From positions 2,513,214-2,577,213 of the forward strand of contig CBDFJF010000002.1 of assembly GCA_965248265.1 (NCBI GenBank): a stretch of DNA of 64,000 bases, in the 5' to 3' direction. Positions 1-9,145 of the stretch are shown here, piece after piece. Each line of letters starts with the position of its first letter. The stretch's first letter is position 1. The DNA comes from Candidatus Latescibacterota bacterium. Lineage in GTDB: Bacteria; Latescibacterota; UBA2968; UBA8231. Below the pieces are notes generated by a model that worked only from the letters and a program-made list of their open reading frames with translations, searched no databases and was not told the DNA's origin. A program made the position numbers and the translations under genes.

Positions 1-798
1 ACGCATGAACAGTTTTCTGCGTTTTGGGCTGGCCTGCTCCATCCACTCGGCCGGGATCTCCTGGGTATAGCGGTGCGGCGGGCCGACCTCTTTGAACACG
101 TCGATGGTGAAGATGCGATAGGGGGTTGGGGAATTCAGCGGTTTGGCCTCGACACCGTGGAAGATGCGGGCGTTGATGTAGACCATGCTGCCGGGAGGCA
201 GGGTTAGGCGTTTCTCTTCGAGCTTGCGTCCGAGCTCGGCGTCGTAGGCTCCTGACAACATCCGTTCGGGTGTGGCGTCTTCGGTGGGGGCAATCCGGTG
301 GCTGCCCGGGATCACCTTGAGGTTGCGGTCGCCGAGTGCAAAGCCGAGCGGGTAGTAGAGGACCTGGACGTAGTACTTCTCGCGTTCGGAAATATTGACG
401 GGATTGTGATGTTTCCAATGATGGTGATCCTGATGGTAGGACATGGGGCCGATGCCCCGTGGGGCGATGCGAAGGGCGGAGTGGCAGTAGTGGTACTGGG
501 TGCCGATGGTGGCCCTGAGTAACGCAGTAATAAAGGGGTCGTCGATGAGTCTGAGGGCATAGGGTCCCCGCTCGTCCCAGTTCCGAATCGCGTAGCGCTC
601 CGGTTCCCCCGACGGGTTGTCCAACGTAGCCAGGTATCCACGTATGGCGTCGTCGTGTTGGGTGATTTCCTCGATCAGGTTTTCTCTGGCCTCGTCGGTC
701 AGGACATCCGGAAAGACGATGTAGCCATCATCGTGAAAGGAATCGATGTCAGCTGGGGAAGTCCCTGGCAGGCGGAACAAAGAATCTTGGGGACTCAT
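1..798 (-). CDS. Phytanoyl-CoA dioxygenase (PhyH) family Fe(II)/2-oxoglutarate oxygenase; C-terminus cut by window edge
   Basis: Minus-strand ORF runs open to position 1, so it is absent from the ORF track. Own translation from ATG at 798-796: MSPQDSLFRLPGTSPADIDSFHDDGYIVFPDVL...GPMSYHQDHHHWKHHNP...NLKVIPGSHRI...VYINARIFHGVEAKP. It has the HxD (HQD) plus distal His (FHG) triad and the PGSH loop typical of the PhyH family. Confidence 0.8.
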   Translation of the reverse strand, partial: MSPQDSLFRLPGTSPADIDSFHDDGYIVFPDVLTDEARENLIEEITQHDDAIRGYLATLDNPSGEPERYAIRNWDERGPYALRLIDDPFITALLRATIGTQYHYCHSALRIAPRGIGPMSYHQDHHHWKHHNPVNISEREKYYVQVLYYPLGFALGDRNLKVIPGSHRIAPTEDATPERMLSGAYDAELGRKLEEKRLTLPPGSMVYINARIFHGVEAKPLNSPTPYRIFTIDVFKEVGPPHRYTQEIPAEWMEQASPKRRKLFMR

Positions 799-952
799 GG
801 TCTCTCGCGTTGTCGACGATGGAAAAGCCGGTCTTGTTGCAACAGGAAAAGCTAGAGCAAAGCGAAGTCGCTCGCTAATCGCGCTGAGTGCGCCAGTGTA
901 GCTCGATCTTGCCAGCAATTTACTTGACTATCTTCGTAAGAATCCTTACCTC

Positions 953-974
953 TATTGTAGGAATTCATACAATA
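953..974. promoter_or_regulatory. Inverted repeat TATTGTA-N8-TACAATA upstream of vapB; candidate TA autoregulatory operator overlapping a TACAAT -10-like box
   Basis: Perfect 7-bp arms at 953-959 and 968-974, about 70 nt upstream of the vapB ATG (1046). AbrB-type antitoxins typically bind palindromes in their own promoter. No convincing -35 at proper spacing (TTGACT at 924-929 is too far away). Confidence 0.35.
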
Positions 975-1045
975 GTACTGATGTGTGTCGGTTTTGGTAG
1001 CGTAAGCGGTATAACACCAATGTCACCGTGTAAGGGAGGTATTGA

Positions 1046-1267
1046 ATGAAGGCGATTCTTTCGCAGAAAGGACAGGTAACCATTCCCAAATCGTGCCGGG
1101 ATAAGCTCGGCTTGAAGACGGGAACGGTCCTTGATTTCGAAGCCGTCGACGGTACGCTGGTGGCTCGCAAGTTGCAGCAGCAAGACGTCTTCAGTAAGTG
1201 GCGGGGCAAAGGAAAACTTCCCGGAGGTCAGGGAGTAGACGAGTATCTCAAGGGAACGCGTGAGTGA
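1046..1267 (+). CDS. vapB: AbrB/SpoVT (MazE-like) family antitoxin, VapB-type
   Basis: 73 aa. MKAILSQKGQVTIPKSCRDKLGL matches the SpoVT/AbrB swapped-hairpin motif (GQVTIPK). SD GGGAGG lies 6 nt upstream. The stop overlaps the PIN gene start (GTGA). Confidence 0.8.
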   Translation: MKAILSQKGQVTIPKSCRDKLGLKTGTVLDFEAVDGTLVARKLQQQDVFSKWRGKGKLPGGQGVDEYLKGTRE

Positions 1268-1692
1268 TTTCTGCCGTAGACAGTTCTGTAATACTGGATG
1301 TCGTCACGGATGATCCAGATTTCGCGCAGGGGTCGGAGCGCGTTCTCCGCAAGGCAGCGGCTGAGGGACAGTTGGTCGTATGCGAGTGTGTTCTCGCGGA
1401 AGTCTTCCCAGCTTTTGGCAATGAATCATCATTCGAGGAATTTCTCACCGATTGGCAGTTGGAGTTCGTCCCCTCATCTAGAGAAAGCGCTGTGCTGGCA
1501 GGCAATCACTTCACCGTGTACCTGGAGCGGGGAGGCCGGCACGGTCGAGTCGTGGCAGACTTCCTGATCGGTGGGCATGCTGGCATTCATGCTGACAGGC
1601 TTGTAGTCAGAGATCGGGGATACCTGCGTGATTATTTCTCCGATCTTGTTATGTTGGATCCTCGACAGACCCTGGATTCGATGGGCGAATGA
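1264..1692 (+). CDS. vapC: PIN-domain ribonuclease toxin, VapC-type
   Basis: 142 aa. N-terminal acidic motif AVDSSVILDV, a conserved distal ADFLIGGHA block, and a 4-nt overlap with the upstream antitoxin gene. Confidence 0.85.
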   Translation: MISAVDSSVILDVVTDDPDFAQGSERVLRKAAAEGQLVVCECVLAEVFPAFGNESSFEEFLTDWQLEFVPSSRESAVLAGNHFTVYLERGGRHGRVVADFLIGGHAGIHADRLVVRDRGYLRDYFSDLVMLDPRQTLDSMGE

Positions 1693-1736
1693 GCCCAGCA
1701 GGGAATCGAAAGCACCGGTAACCCAGTGGAGACACC

Positions 1737-3281
1737 GTGATTCTCTTTCAACATGGCACCGTCATCGACGGATCAGGACAACCGGCGAAGCAGGCGTCGG
1801 TCCTTGTTCGCGATCAGCAGATAGATTCGGTCGGGGACATCGAAGCATCACCCGAGATGGAGGTCGTCGACTGTTCCGGCCTGGTTATCGCGCCGGGTTT
1901 CATCGACGTGCACAGCCATGCCGATCTCGAGGTCCTCGAGCACCGGCCCGAGAAGGTTATGCAGGGGGTGACGACGGAGGTCGTCGGCAATTGTGGTTTT
2001 TCCGTTTTCCCGAAGGTGCCTCTCACCGGGCTCGCACCCGTGTTCGATATCGTCTTCGCCGGGCGCGGTGACCGGGAATGGGAGGACGCCGGTTCGTACT
2101 TCGAAGACGTTGAGGGAGTGCAAACGCGCACCAATGTCGCCGCTCTCACCGGACACTCCAGTCTCCGGGCCGGAGTCACCGGCATGAAGGCGGGAAGCCT
2201 CCAGGGTGATGATCTGCGCGAAGTGGAGAAACGGCTGAGGGCGTGTCTCGAACAAGGTTCGATCGGGATGTCCACGGGCTTGAACGAGGTGCCCAGCAGC
2301 TACGGTGATTTCGACGAGCTGGTTGGTCTGTGCCGCATCGTCCATGAGCACGGCGCCCTCTACACCAGTCACCTGAGAGACTACAAATTCCAGTTTGTCG
2401 AGGCGGTGCAGGAGGCACTCGATCTGGGTCGCGCCTCCGGAGTGCCTGTCCAGCTCTCCCATCTGCAGGCCGCGGGGCGCAAGAACTGGGACAAGATGGA
2501 TCCGGTGTTGGAGCTGATCGACAAGGCTCACAGCGAGGGAGTCGACGTCGGTATCGATGCCTACCCCTATGTGGCCGGCTCGTGCAATATCACGCAGCTG
2601 TTACCCATCTGGTGCATGGAAGGGGGTACGGAGCAGCTGATGTCGAGGTTACGGGATCCGGAAAGCCGGGCGCGGATCGCCGAGGAGACCGACAGCGGGA
2701 TGTCCAATGTCTGGGCGGACATCATGCTGGCAACCCTGGACAATCCGGACCAACAGGCCATCATCGGCACCACGGTGCAGGATGTGGCGGATGAGCGAGG
2801 ATGTGCCGCGGTTGAAGCAGCCCTCGACCTGCTGATCGAGAACGAGTGCGGCATCATGATCATTTCATTCAATCAGTCTGATGAAAATCTGCGCAAGGTG
2901 TTGACGCATCCACTGACCTCGATCATCACGGATGGCCTCGTGACCGAGGGCAAACCCCACCCGCGAACCTTTGGGACGTATCCGACCTTTCTCGGGGAAT
3001 ACGTGCGCGACAAGGGCTGGATGTCATTGGAAGACGCCGTGCGTAAGGTGAGTGCGCTGCCGGCGGCGCGCTTCGGTCTGGAAGGCAGGGGATTGCTGCA
3101 ACCCGGATGCCACGCAGACCTCATCGTGTTCTCGGCGGACGGGATCGGCACGCGCGGCGACTACGTGGAGCCAGAGCACACCCCAGATGGGATCGAGCAC
3201 GTGCTCATCAATGGCGCCTGGGCGATACGGAAGGGTCGCTTCGATCAGGCAATTTGTTCGGGGCAGCCGCTGAGAGTCTGA
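1737..3281 (+). CDS. N-acyl-D-amino-acid deacylase (D-aminoacylase) family amidohydrolase
   Basis: 514 aa with GTG start after a GGAG SD. GLVIAPGFIDVHSHADLE is the metal-binding HxH motif. The overall pattern matches the D-aminoacylase subfamily (…LSHLQAAG…, …DAYPYVAGS…, …ITDGL…). Confidence 0.85.
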   Translation: MILFQHGTVIDGSGQPAKQASVLVRDQQIDSVGDIEASPEMEVVDCSGLVIAPGFIDVHSHADLEVLEHRPEKVMQGVTTEVVGNCGFSVFPKVPLTGLAPVFDIVFAGRGDREWEDAGSYFEDVEGVQTRTNVAALTGHSSLRAGVTGMKAGSLQGDDLREVEKRLRACLEQGSIGMSTGLNEVPSSYGDFDELVGLCRIVHEHGALYTSHLRDYKFQFVEAVQEALDLGRASGVPVQLSHLQAAGRKNWDKMDPVLELIDKAHSEGVDVGIDAYPYVAGSCNITQLLPIWCMEGGTEQLMSRLRDPESRARIAEETDSGMSNVWADIMLATLDNPDQQAIIGTTVQDVADERGCAAVEAALDLLIENECGIMIISFNQSDENLRKVLTHPLTSIITDGLVTEGKPHPRTFGTYPTFLGEYVRDKGWMSLEDAVRKVSALPAARFGLEGRGLLQPGCHADLIVFSADGIGTRGDYVEPEHTPDGIEHVLINGAWAIRKGRFDQAICSGQPLRV

Positions 3282-3288
3282 AGTGGGG
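3105..3288. repeat. Direct repeat copy 1 (3' end of the deacylase gene plus 7 nt)
   Basis: Recurs at 4625-4806 in the same orientation at about 90% identity by eye. Shared strings include CACGC(A/C)GACCTCATCGTG and GATCGAGCACGTGCTCATCAATGGCGCCTGGGCGATACGG…GGGCAGCCGCTGAGAGTCTGAAGTGGG. Confidence 0.85.
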
Positions 3289-3311
3289 ATCCGGGTGGCA
3301 ATGGTGAAGCG

Positions 3312-4109
3312 ATGAGCGACCTGGAACTGCAGAAATACCTGTTTGACCTCAACGGCTATATCGTTATCCAGAATGCGTTGGGTGCCGATGAACTGACGTT
3401 GCTGAACGAGATATTCGATCGTCAGGAGCGGCCGAGGGACTCCGTCATGATGTCCTACGGGGGTGGTTCCATTACCGGTCCCGGAGTCCTTGCGTATGGG
3501 CAGCCATTTGTCGATCTCCTTGACCATCCGGCGATCCTGCCCGTGTTGCGGTTTCGTCTGGGAGACTGTTTCCGTCTCGATCGACTGTACGCCATCGCGA
3601 TGAGTCGTGGCATGTCGAAGGGTGTGATGCATTCGGATTACGGCGCATCGTCGCCGATTGCCGGCTCAGCGCCGGGTGAATACTATCCGTTTCCGCTGAA
3701 CGAGATTCACAGCGGCTTCACGGTGGTCTCCTGGAATCTCACTGACTCCGGACCCGACGTCGGGGGGTTCAGCTGCATCCCCGGCAGCCACAAAAGCAAT
3801 TACAGATTGCCGCAGCAGCTGGCGGACGCGGGTGACGAGTCGCCGCACGCCACTATCCCGCACGCGCCCGCAGGTTCCGTTACACTGTTCACGGAAGCGA
3901 TTACACACAGTACATCGGCCTGGCACGGAGGACACGAGCGTCGCAATCTGCTCTACAAGTACTGCGTGTCGCAGATGGCCTGGGGCAGCAGCCGCGTACA
4001 AGCGCCCGACGACTGCGCGCTGACACCGCGCCAGGAAAGGCTGCTGTCAGAGCCTGCCGAACCCTACCGATTTTTTCCCTCCCTGTTCGAAGAAGAGCCA
4101 ACGTCGTGA
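3312..4109 (+). CDS. PhyH family Fe(II)/2OG oxygenase
   Basis: 265 aa. N-terminal LNGYIVIQNAL motif, HxD as MHSD, the GGFSCIPGSHKS loop and distal His in ITHSTSAW. Confidence 0.8.
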   Translation: MSDLELQKYLFDLNGYIVIQNALGADELTLLNEIFDRQERPRDSVMMSYGGGSITGPGVLAYGQPFVDLLDHPAILPVLRFRLGDCFRLDRLYAIAMSRGMSKGVMHSDYGASSPIAGSAPGEYYPFPLNEIHSGFTVVSWNLTDSGPDVGGFSCIPGSHKSNYRLPQQLADAGDESPHATIPHAPAGSVTLFTEAITHSTSAWHGGHERRNLLYKYCVSQMAWGSSRVQAPDDCALTPRQERLLSEPAEPYRFFPSLFEEEPTS

Positions 4110-4591
4110 TGCAGCTTGCGCAGATCGCGGAGCAGGTCGGAGCGCTGCTCAAAGAGCGCACAGAGACTGTGGCAGTTGCGGAATCATCAGCCGGCGGCGT
4201 CATATCGGCAGCGTTGCTCGCCGTTGCCGGAGCCTCCGCCTACTTCAAGGGCGGTGGTGTGGTGTACACCGGCGAGGCAAAGCAGACGCTGATGGCGATG
4301 ACGGACGAAGCCATGGCGGAGGCGCGTGCAGCCACCCAGAGCCATGCCCTGCACCTGGCCCGCGCCGCGCGCATTCGCCTCGGTACGGACTGGGGGATTG
4401 GCGAAACCGGGGCGGCGGGGCCCACCGGCAATCGTTACGGCGATTCGCCAGGGCACACCTGTATCGCCGTGTCGGGACCGCGCGAGAAAACCGTGACCAT
4501 CGAGACCGGCAACGACGGTCGCGAGCAAAACATGTGGGCCTTCGCGGGTGCGGCTCTAGATCTGCTCGGCGAATGTATTCGCTGCGAATGA
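4106..4591 (+). CDS. CinA-family protein (PncC-like nicotinamide-nucleotide amidohydrolase domain)
   Basis: 161 aa. VAVAESSAGGVISAALL corresponds to the CinA C-terminal domain AES(C/S)TGG motif. ATGA overlap with the upstream PhyH gene. Confidence 0.8.
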   Translation: MMQLAQIAEQVGALLKERTETVAVAESSAGGVISAALLAVAGASAYFKGGGVVYTGEAKQTLMAMTDEAMAEARAATQSHALHLARAARIRLGTDWGIGETGAAGPTGNRYGDSPGHTCIAVSGPREKTVTIETGNDGREQNMWAFAGAALDLLGECIRCE

Positions 4592-4624
4592 AGCTCGCCC
4601 CCGCCCCATCCTTGAGGATGTTGC

Positions 4625-4799
4625 GATGCCACGCCGACCTCATCGTGCTCTCGGCAGAGGGATTGGCACGCGCGGCGATTACGTGGAGCAGGAGCACACT
4701 CCCGATGGGATCGAGCACGTGCTCATCAATGGCGCCTGGGCGATACGGCAGGGTCGCTTTGATCAGGCAATTTGCTCGGGGCAGCCGCTGAGAGTCTGA
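4625..4799 (+). pseudogene. Decayed 3' fragment of a D-aminoacylase paralog (direct repeat copy 2, repeat extends to 4806)
   Basis: Reads CHADLIVLSAEG, then a 1-nt deletion relative to copy 1 (GGGATC versus GGATT near 4655), then DYVEQEHTPDGIEHVLINGAWAIRQGRFDQAICSGQPLRV* in the shifted frame. Copy 1 reads …DYVEPEHTPDGIEHVLINGAWAIRKGRFDQAICSGQPLRV*. No 5' part of the gene is present. Confidence 0.75.
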
Positions 4800-4811
4800 A
4801 GTGGGAGAGTC

Positions 4812-6749
4812 CTACTGAAACGGTACCGGTATACCGTTGCCATGCCACGGGAACGCGTATGATGGGTCGTTCAAGAAACGCTGCATGCCGGCGCCGATGC
4901 GGATGGAGGTCGATGGGGGTAGTTCAACGGTGAGGTGCTTGCCCCCTACGGTCATCGTCTGCGTCGTTTCGCCATCCTGGTGCTGAACATCGGTGAAATT
5001 GTGCTCGCCGAAGGCGCCGGCCTGGACGATGACGGTGCGAGATTCGGTCGCGCTCAGGTTTACCAGCTGCAAGCCAACTCGATTTCCCTTTATCTCGTCA
5101 ACCAGGGCGGCCACGTCTGAGGGCACTCCCGGGCGCCCGTTTTCGGGGTCGAAGTAACGGACGGTGGCGCGCAGCAAGCCGCCGTGATAGACGGACTGTG
5201 GGGCACCCAGCATGACGTTGGTCAGCACGTTGGTGTGCACGGGGTTCGGCGGCACGCGATTGTCGGCGATGATCTCGGCTGCCGTGCGGCCGTCGTCGCA
5301 GGTATCGCGATACACTTTCAGGGCGCTCTCCAGTTCCGCCTGCAGAATGGCGACGGGCCAGTCTGGATTCTGGCCCTCGTAGTACTGGAAGCGCGGGTAC
5401 TCGGGCGTCCAATGGTAGATATCCGGTCCCTCCACCTTGTTGTCATTCCAGTCGAAGCTGACATCCCCCTCCCGTACCCACATCAACAACTCGTGATCTT
5501 CATCTGATAGAGAAGCGTGGTAGAGGTGGGCGAGCTCGTTCATGCGCACCGGCTGGTCGCGGCCTGTCACCGGGTTCCACATCTTGTGTCCCCAGCCGTT
5601 GGCATCGTGACGGACCGCCTGCAGAAACTGGCCGTCCTCGCGGGTGATGCCGTTGTCGATGAGGACCTTAATCTGAGAGCGCAGCAGGTCGAGGTAGCCG
5701 AAGTCGCCGGTCAGCAGCTGGGCGCATTCGGCGGCGATGGTCAGTGAGTGGAAGAGGATGTTGAAGCCGCAGTAGCTACTCCAGCCATACATGGCACCCC
5801 ACCAGCAGCCATCGCGATGCTCGCCGATCTTTCCGGTCGGTCCGACGTTGTCGGGGATGACGCCGTTGTTCTGCTGGATGCGTTCCATCCAGGCATCCGT
5901 GTACTCGACAACCCAGTCCTTGTAGCGCGAGTCACCAGTGTAGAGGTAGGCGTTGGTAAGCAGGCCAGTGGCGCCCAGGTTGTTGGGGGTGTCGGCGTTG
6001 AGGACGATGTGATCGAAGAGGCCGACAATCTCCTCGCGGCGTTTGTCGTCCTTCCACCAATCAGGTTCAAGGTCCGGCACAATCGGGTAGAGGGATGAGC
6101 GGGTGCCGTAGTAGTTGACCTTGCCGTCGAAATCTGCGGGGCCGTACAGGAAGGCGTGGGTCTTTTGCGCGCTCGCCTTGTGCCACGGTCCCTGACCGGT
6201 CTGCATCGGCGAGCGTAGCACCTTGTAGCGCGGGTCGTAATTGGGTGCCGCCGGGTCTTCGCCCGTGTAGAAGGAGGCGAACAGTTTCGAGCGCCGCACG
6301 TTCTCCGAGATTGTCGGATCGGCCAGCCCCAGGTGGTAAAAAGCCATGTTGCCCTCGCCCTTGTGATGCCACTCGGCATCGCCCGGGTGGACCAGGCCAT
6401 AGTACTCCCTGTGAACGGAGGGGGTAAATCTGTCGTGGACGCGACTGACGATGCTGTCGTCACCATAGCGGGTCACGGCGTTCCAGTGCGCGAGGGTCAG
6501 ATCAAGAATGCGCTCGCTGGCTCCCATCGAATAGAACAGACCCCAGTTGTAAATCATCTCCCACAGATCATCGACATCATCGGAGTAGTAGGGCACGCCA
6601 CCGCGCTCAGAGTACTTGCTCGCCTTGAGCTCGACAGACTGCTCCATGACTTCAATCAGTTGACGCTCGAGGAGGGCCCACGCCGGCGGCGCGGATTGGC
6701 TGGTTGCTCTGACTGTGGGGAAGTCGATCTCGATGGCCCGGCTGCGCAT
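4812..6749 (-). CDS. Uncharacterised conserved ~650-aa protein, paralog 1 of 3 (family A); all-alpha region plus C-terminal beta-sandwich-like tail suggests a glycan-active fold
   Basis: 645 aa. Collinear with 14142-16088 (about 60% identity by eye) and 12120-14123 (about 45%). Shared blocks: PP(A/G/E)WA(L/V)…RQLI, GDAEWHHKGEGNMAFY, ADPTISENVRR, NYDP…RVLRSP, NAYLYTGD.KYK.WV.EY…WMERI.QNNGVIPDNVGPTGK(I/V)GEHRDG.WWG, and the C-terminal GIQLVNL…PSYAFPWHG. I recognise no named family. Confidence 0.85.
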   Translation of the reverse strand: MRSRAIEIDFPTVRATSQSAPPAWALLERQLIEVMEQSVELKASKYSERGGVPYYSDDVDDLWEMIYNWGLFYSMGASERILDLTLAHWNAVTRYGDDSIVSRVHDRFTPSVHREYYGLVHPGDAEWHHKGEGNMAFYHLGLADPTISENVRRSKLFASFYTGEDPAAPNYDPRYKVLRSPMQTGQGPWHKASAQKTHAFLYGPADFDGKVNYYGTRSSLYPIVPDLEPDWWKDDKRREEIVGLFDHIVLNADTPNNLGATGLLTNAYLYTGDSRYKDWVVEYTDAWMERIQQNNGVIPDNVGPTGKIGEHRDGCWWGAMYGWSSYCGFNILFHSLTIAAECAQLLTGDFGYLDLLRSQIKVLIDNGITREDGQFLQAVRHDANGWGHKMWNPVTGRDQPVRMNELAHLYHASLSDEDHELLMWVREGDVSFDWNDNKVEGPDIYHWTPEYPRFQYYEGQNPDWPVAILQAELESALKVYRDTCDDGRTAAEIIADNRVPPNPVHTNVLTNVMLGAPQSVYHGGLLRATVRYFDPENGRPGVPSDVAALVDEIKGNRVGLQLVNLSATESRTVIVQAGAFGEHNFTDVQHQDGETTQTMTVGGKHLTVELPPSTSIRIGAGMQRFLNDPSYAFPWHGNGIPVPFQ

Positions 6750-6797
6750 GCTGTATCTCCTAACTTCGACGCCAGCGCGGTGGCGCGGTCAGTTGAA

Positions 6798-7574
6798 TCA
6801 GGCGTTGCGGGCGTACTGCAAGCCGAGATCAGGGAGATCCTTCACCATTTCCCTGATGCAGGTGAACTCGCTGTTCAAGAAGGTCTCGTGGGGCTGAAAC
6901 ACCTTCGGACTGTATAGCTGAAGCGTGCGCAGGTGTTGTGCAGTGGTTGGTCTGGCGGCGAACTTGAAGGCGAGAAATCGTCGGCCTTTCCTGCCTCCAT
7001 GCAGGCCGTGCCACAGGTACTGGTTGAAGAGGACGACATCACCGGGTTCAGTCTCGACGGGGTAGGCCGGAATCTCCGCTTCCACTACGCCAAATGGATT
7101 ATCCGCAGCCCTGGATTCCTGTGGACTAAGGGCCTGGTGGAAATGCTGCCGGTGTGAGCCGAGGATGAAGCGGATGCATCCCGTGTCGACGGTCAGCTTC
7201 TCAAGGTACATCATAACCTTGATCCGCGGGTAGTCGACCCAATCGCGCTCCCACTTCTCGCCGTCGAGCTGGTAATAACGGCGGTCGGCATGCCACTGGC
7301 TCTTGGTGTACTCGGAAACAACACCCTCTGAGCCGACGAATATGTAGCCACTTCCGAGCAGCTTCGATATCGGGTCGTGAATACGATCGTCCGCGGCAAG
7401 CCGGGTCAGGCAGGCATTGCGTTCGGCGAAGTACCCACCCGATTCACTGCCCGTTTCCTCCCAGACCGTCTCGGCGGATCGTGTTATCTCCTCCATCTCT
7501 TCGGGGGTGAACGCTTGTCGCAGACACAGGAAACCGAAGGTGTCGAAGTGGGCGATCTGTTCTTGCTCGATCAT
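6798..7574 (-). CDS. PhyH family Fe(II)/2OG oxygenase
   Basis: 258 aa. FDTFGFLCLRQAF N-terminus, HxD as QWHADR, the CIRFILGSHRQ loop and distal His in YLWHGLHGG. Confidence 0.8.
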   Translation of the reverse strand: MIEQEQIAHFDTFGFLCLRQAFTPEEMEEITRSAETVWEETGSESGGYFAERNACLTRLAADDRIHDPISKLLGSGYIFVGSEGVVSEYTKSQWHADRRYYQLDGEKWERDWVDYPRIKVMMYLEKLTVDTGCIRFILGSHRQHFHQALSPQESRAADNPFGVVEAEIPAYPVETEPGDVVLFNQYLWHGLHGGRKGRRFLAFKFAARPTTAQHLRTLQLYSPKVFQPHETFLNSEFTCIREMVKDLPDLGLQYARNA

Positions 7575-7586
7575 GGCTGAGATCGT

Positions 7587-9134
7587 CTACGAAGGCGGCG
7601 GTATCTTGAGCGGGTCCAGGGATTCGGGACGGTCGCATTCGGTGTAGCGCATGTGGACCTCGACTCCCGTTAGCGTGCGGGCAAAGCCGGCCGTTTTCTC
7701 CTTGCGGACGATTTCAATCTCGAGGGTGTTGTCGCCTTGCACAACATCGTTCACGCCGAGTGTCCAACGCATCCAGTAGGTTCCGCGTCTGGGTTCGTAA
7801 GTGACCTTGCGATCGATGAGGAGGTTGTTGCCGTTGAATGCGATCGTCACCTCGTCCTCGACGCAGAACGATTGAAAAGTCAGTGTCAATATGGGGTTTC
7901 GCAGCTCGTCGTCGGCTTTGGCACCATCGATCTCATCGCCGATGACGATCGGTACGGTCTCCTTCGCCCCCTCCTGAAGCACCAGCGGAAGCTGGCGGCC
8001 GTCTGGTTTGGCGTAACTGGGCAGATCTTCCCGCGGCGGCAGGAAGTAGCGCTTGTCGTGACGTAGTGCCGCTTCGGGGTTGGACATCTCGCGAAGGAGA
8101 CGATACTCGGCATCGGCGAAGGGCCAGGGCAGGTAGCCGAGGTAGATGCCGGCAAAGCCGTGCCAGTGCGCCGTCTGCCTGAAGGCGCGGAACATCTCGA
8201 TGTTGGCGATGCTGGCGCGGGTGTCGTCCAGTTTTCGGTTGGGGCGCAGGTAGGCGGAAACGCCAGCGGCATTGGCGGCATCGGCCAGCCATTTGCCACC
8301 GTGGGCGCCGGTGTCGAGGAGCATGTTGGGAACCTGGCCAACGACGTAGTCGATGTCGCCGGCGGCGATCCAGGCTTCGACGTCGAGGCCGATGCTCAGG
8401 TTTTCCTCGCGGCGGTGCCAGACTCTGGCCTGGACTGGAATTGTACGCGATTGGAGCTCACCGATCTCCGTGGCAAGCGCCTTCACCTCAGCCACGAATC
8501 CGTTCATCACCGGTATACAGGCTTCCGTTTCGTTCTGCCGGAAGTAGAGTGGGAAGAACATGAAGTCGAGTTCGATTCCATCCGCTTCATAGTCCACGAG
8601 CACTTCGCGAATCAGACTCAGCTTCTCGGCGCGAACAACCTCGTTGGCATAGTCATAACACCATTCGGTCTTATGGTTGGCGAATCGGTCGTCACCGCTG
8701 CCAAGCGTAACCTCTTTGCCCTGGTGCCACTTCAACCAACCGCACCGTTCCCCGCCCTGCTCCGTCGGGTCCTGCAGCTTGAGACTGGGGAAGACCCTGA
8801 TTCCAGCCGCGCGGCCGTGTTTGATCACCTCGCGCAGCTGGTCGGTACCCATGGCCGCAGCGTCTTTGACGTTGCGCATAATGCGCCAGTTGATGAAGCC
8901 GCCGAAGACTTCCTGCTCCTGGCCGATGATGCGGCCAATCTTGGTCTGATGGAAGTAGACGTCGGCGAAGCCGAGGCCGAAGCTGAGCTGATCGACGCCG
9001 GTGCCCGAGAGCTCATCGATCGGCCAGCGCATCTTGTGCAGGTTCAGTGGGGGATCGAGACGCTTGAAATGGAAGTGGTGGGCGTCGCTGTAGTAGATGA
9101 GCCGGGGAGGTGGGGGCGTGCCGTGGGTAGCCAT
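7587..9134 (-). CDS. TIM-barrel glycoside-hydrolase-like protein (GHL10/DUF187-like), family B paralog
   Basis: 515 aa. Shares an architecture with 27642-29210, 59042-60601, 54758-56383 and 21446-23197: N-terminal RLIYYSD block, GIRVFPSLKLQD, W.YDYANEVVRAEKLSLIREVLVDYEADGIELDF (compare HPEW…PEVR…DGVELDW) and a C-terminal beta-sandwich. The family name is from memory of PF02638-type motifs, not a search. Confidence 0.55.
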   Translation of the reverse strand: MATHGTPPPPRLIYYSDAHHFHFKRLDPPLNLHKMRWPIDELSGTGVDQLSFGLGFADVYFHQTKIGRIIGQEQEVFGGFINWRIMRNVKDAAAMGTDQLREVIKHGRAAGIRVFPSLKLQDPTEQGGERCGWLKWHQGKEVTLGSGDDRFANHKTEWCYDYANEVVRAEKLSLIREVLVDYEADGIELDFMFFPLYFRQNETEACIPVMNGFVAEVKALATEIGELQSRTIPVQARVWHRREENLSIGLDVEAWIAAGDIDYVVGQVPNMLLDTGAHGGKWLADAANAAGVSAYLRPNRKLDDTRASIANIEMFRAFRQTAHWHGFAGIYLGYLPWPFADAEYRLLREMSNPEAALRHDKRYFLPPREDLPSYAKPDGRQLPLVLQEGAKETVPIVIGDEIDGAKADDELRNPILTLTFQSFCVEDEVTIAFNGNNLLIDRKVTYEPRRGTYWMRWTLGVNDVVQGDNTLEIEIVRKEKTAGFARTLTGVEVHMRYTECDRPESLDPLKIPPPS

Positions 9135-9145
9135 CGTGACTCCAG

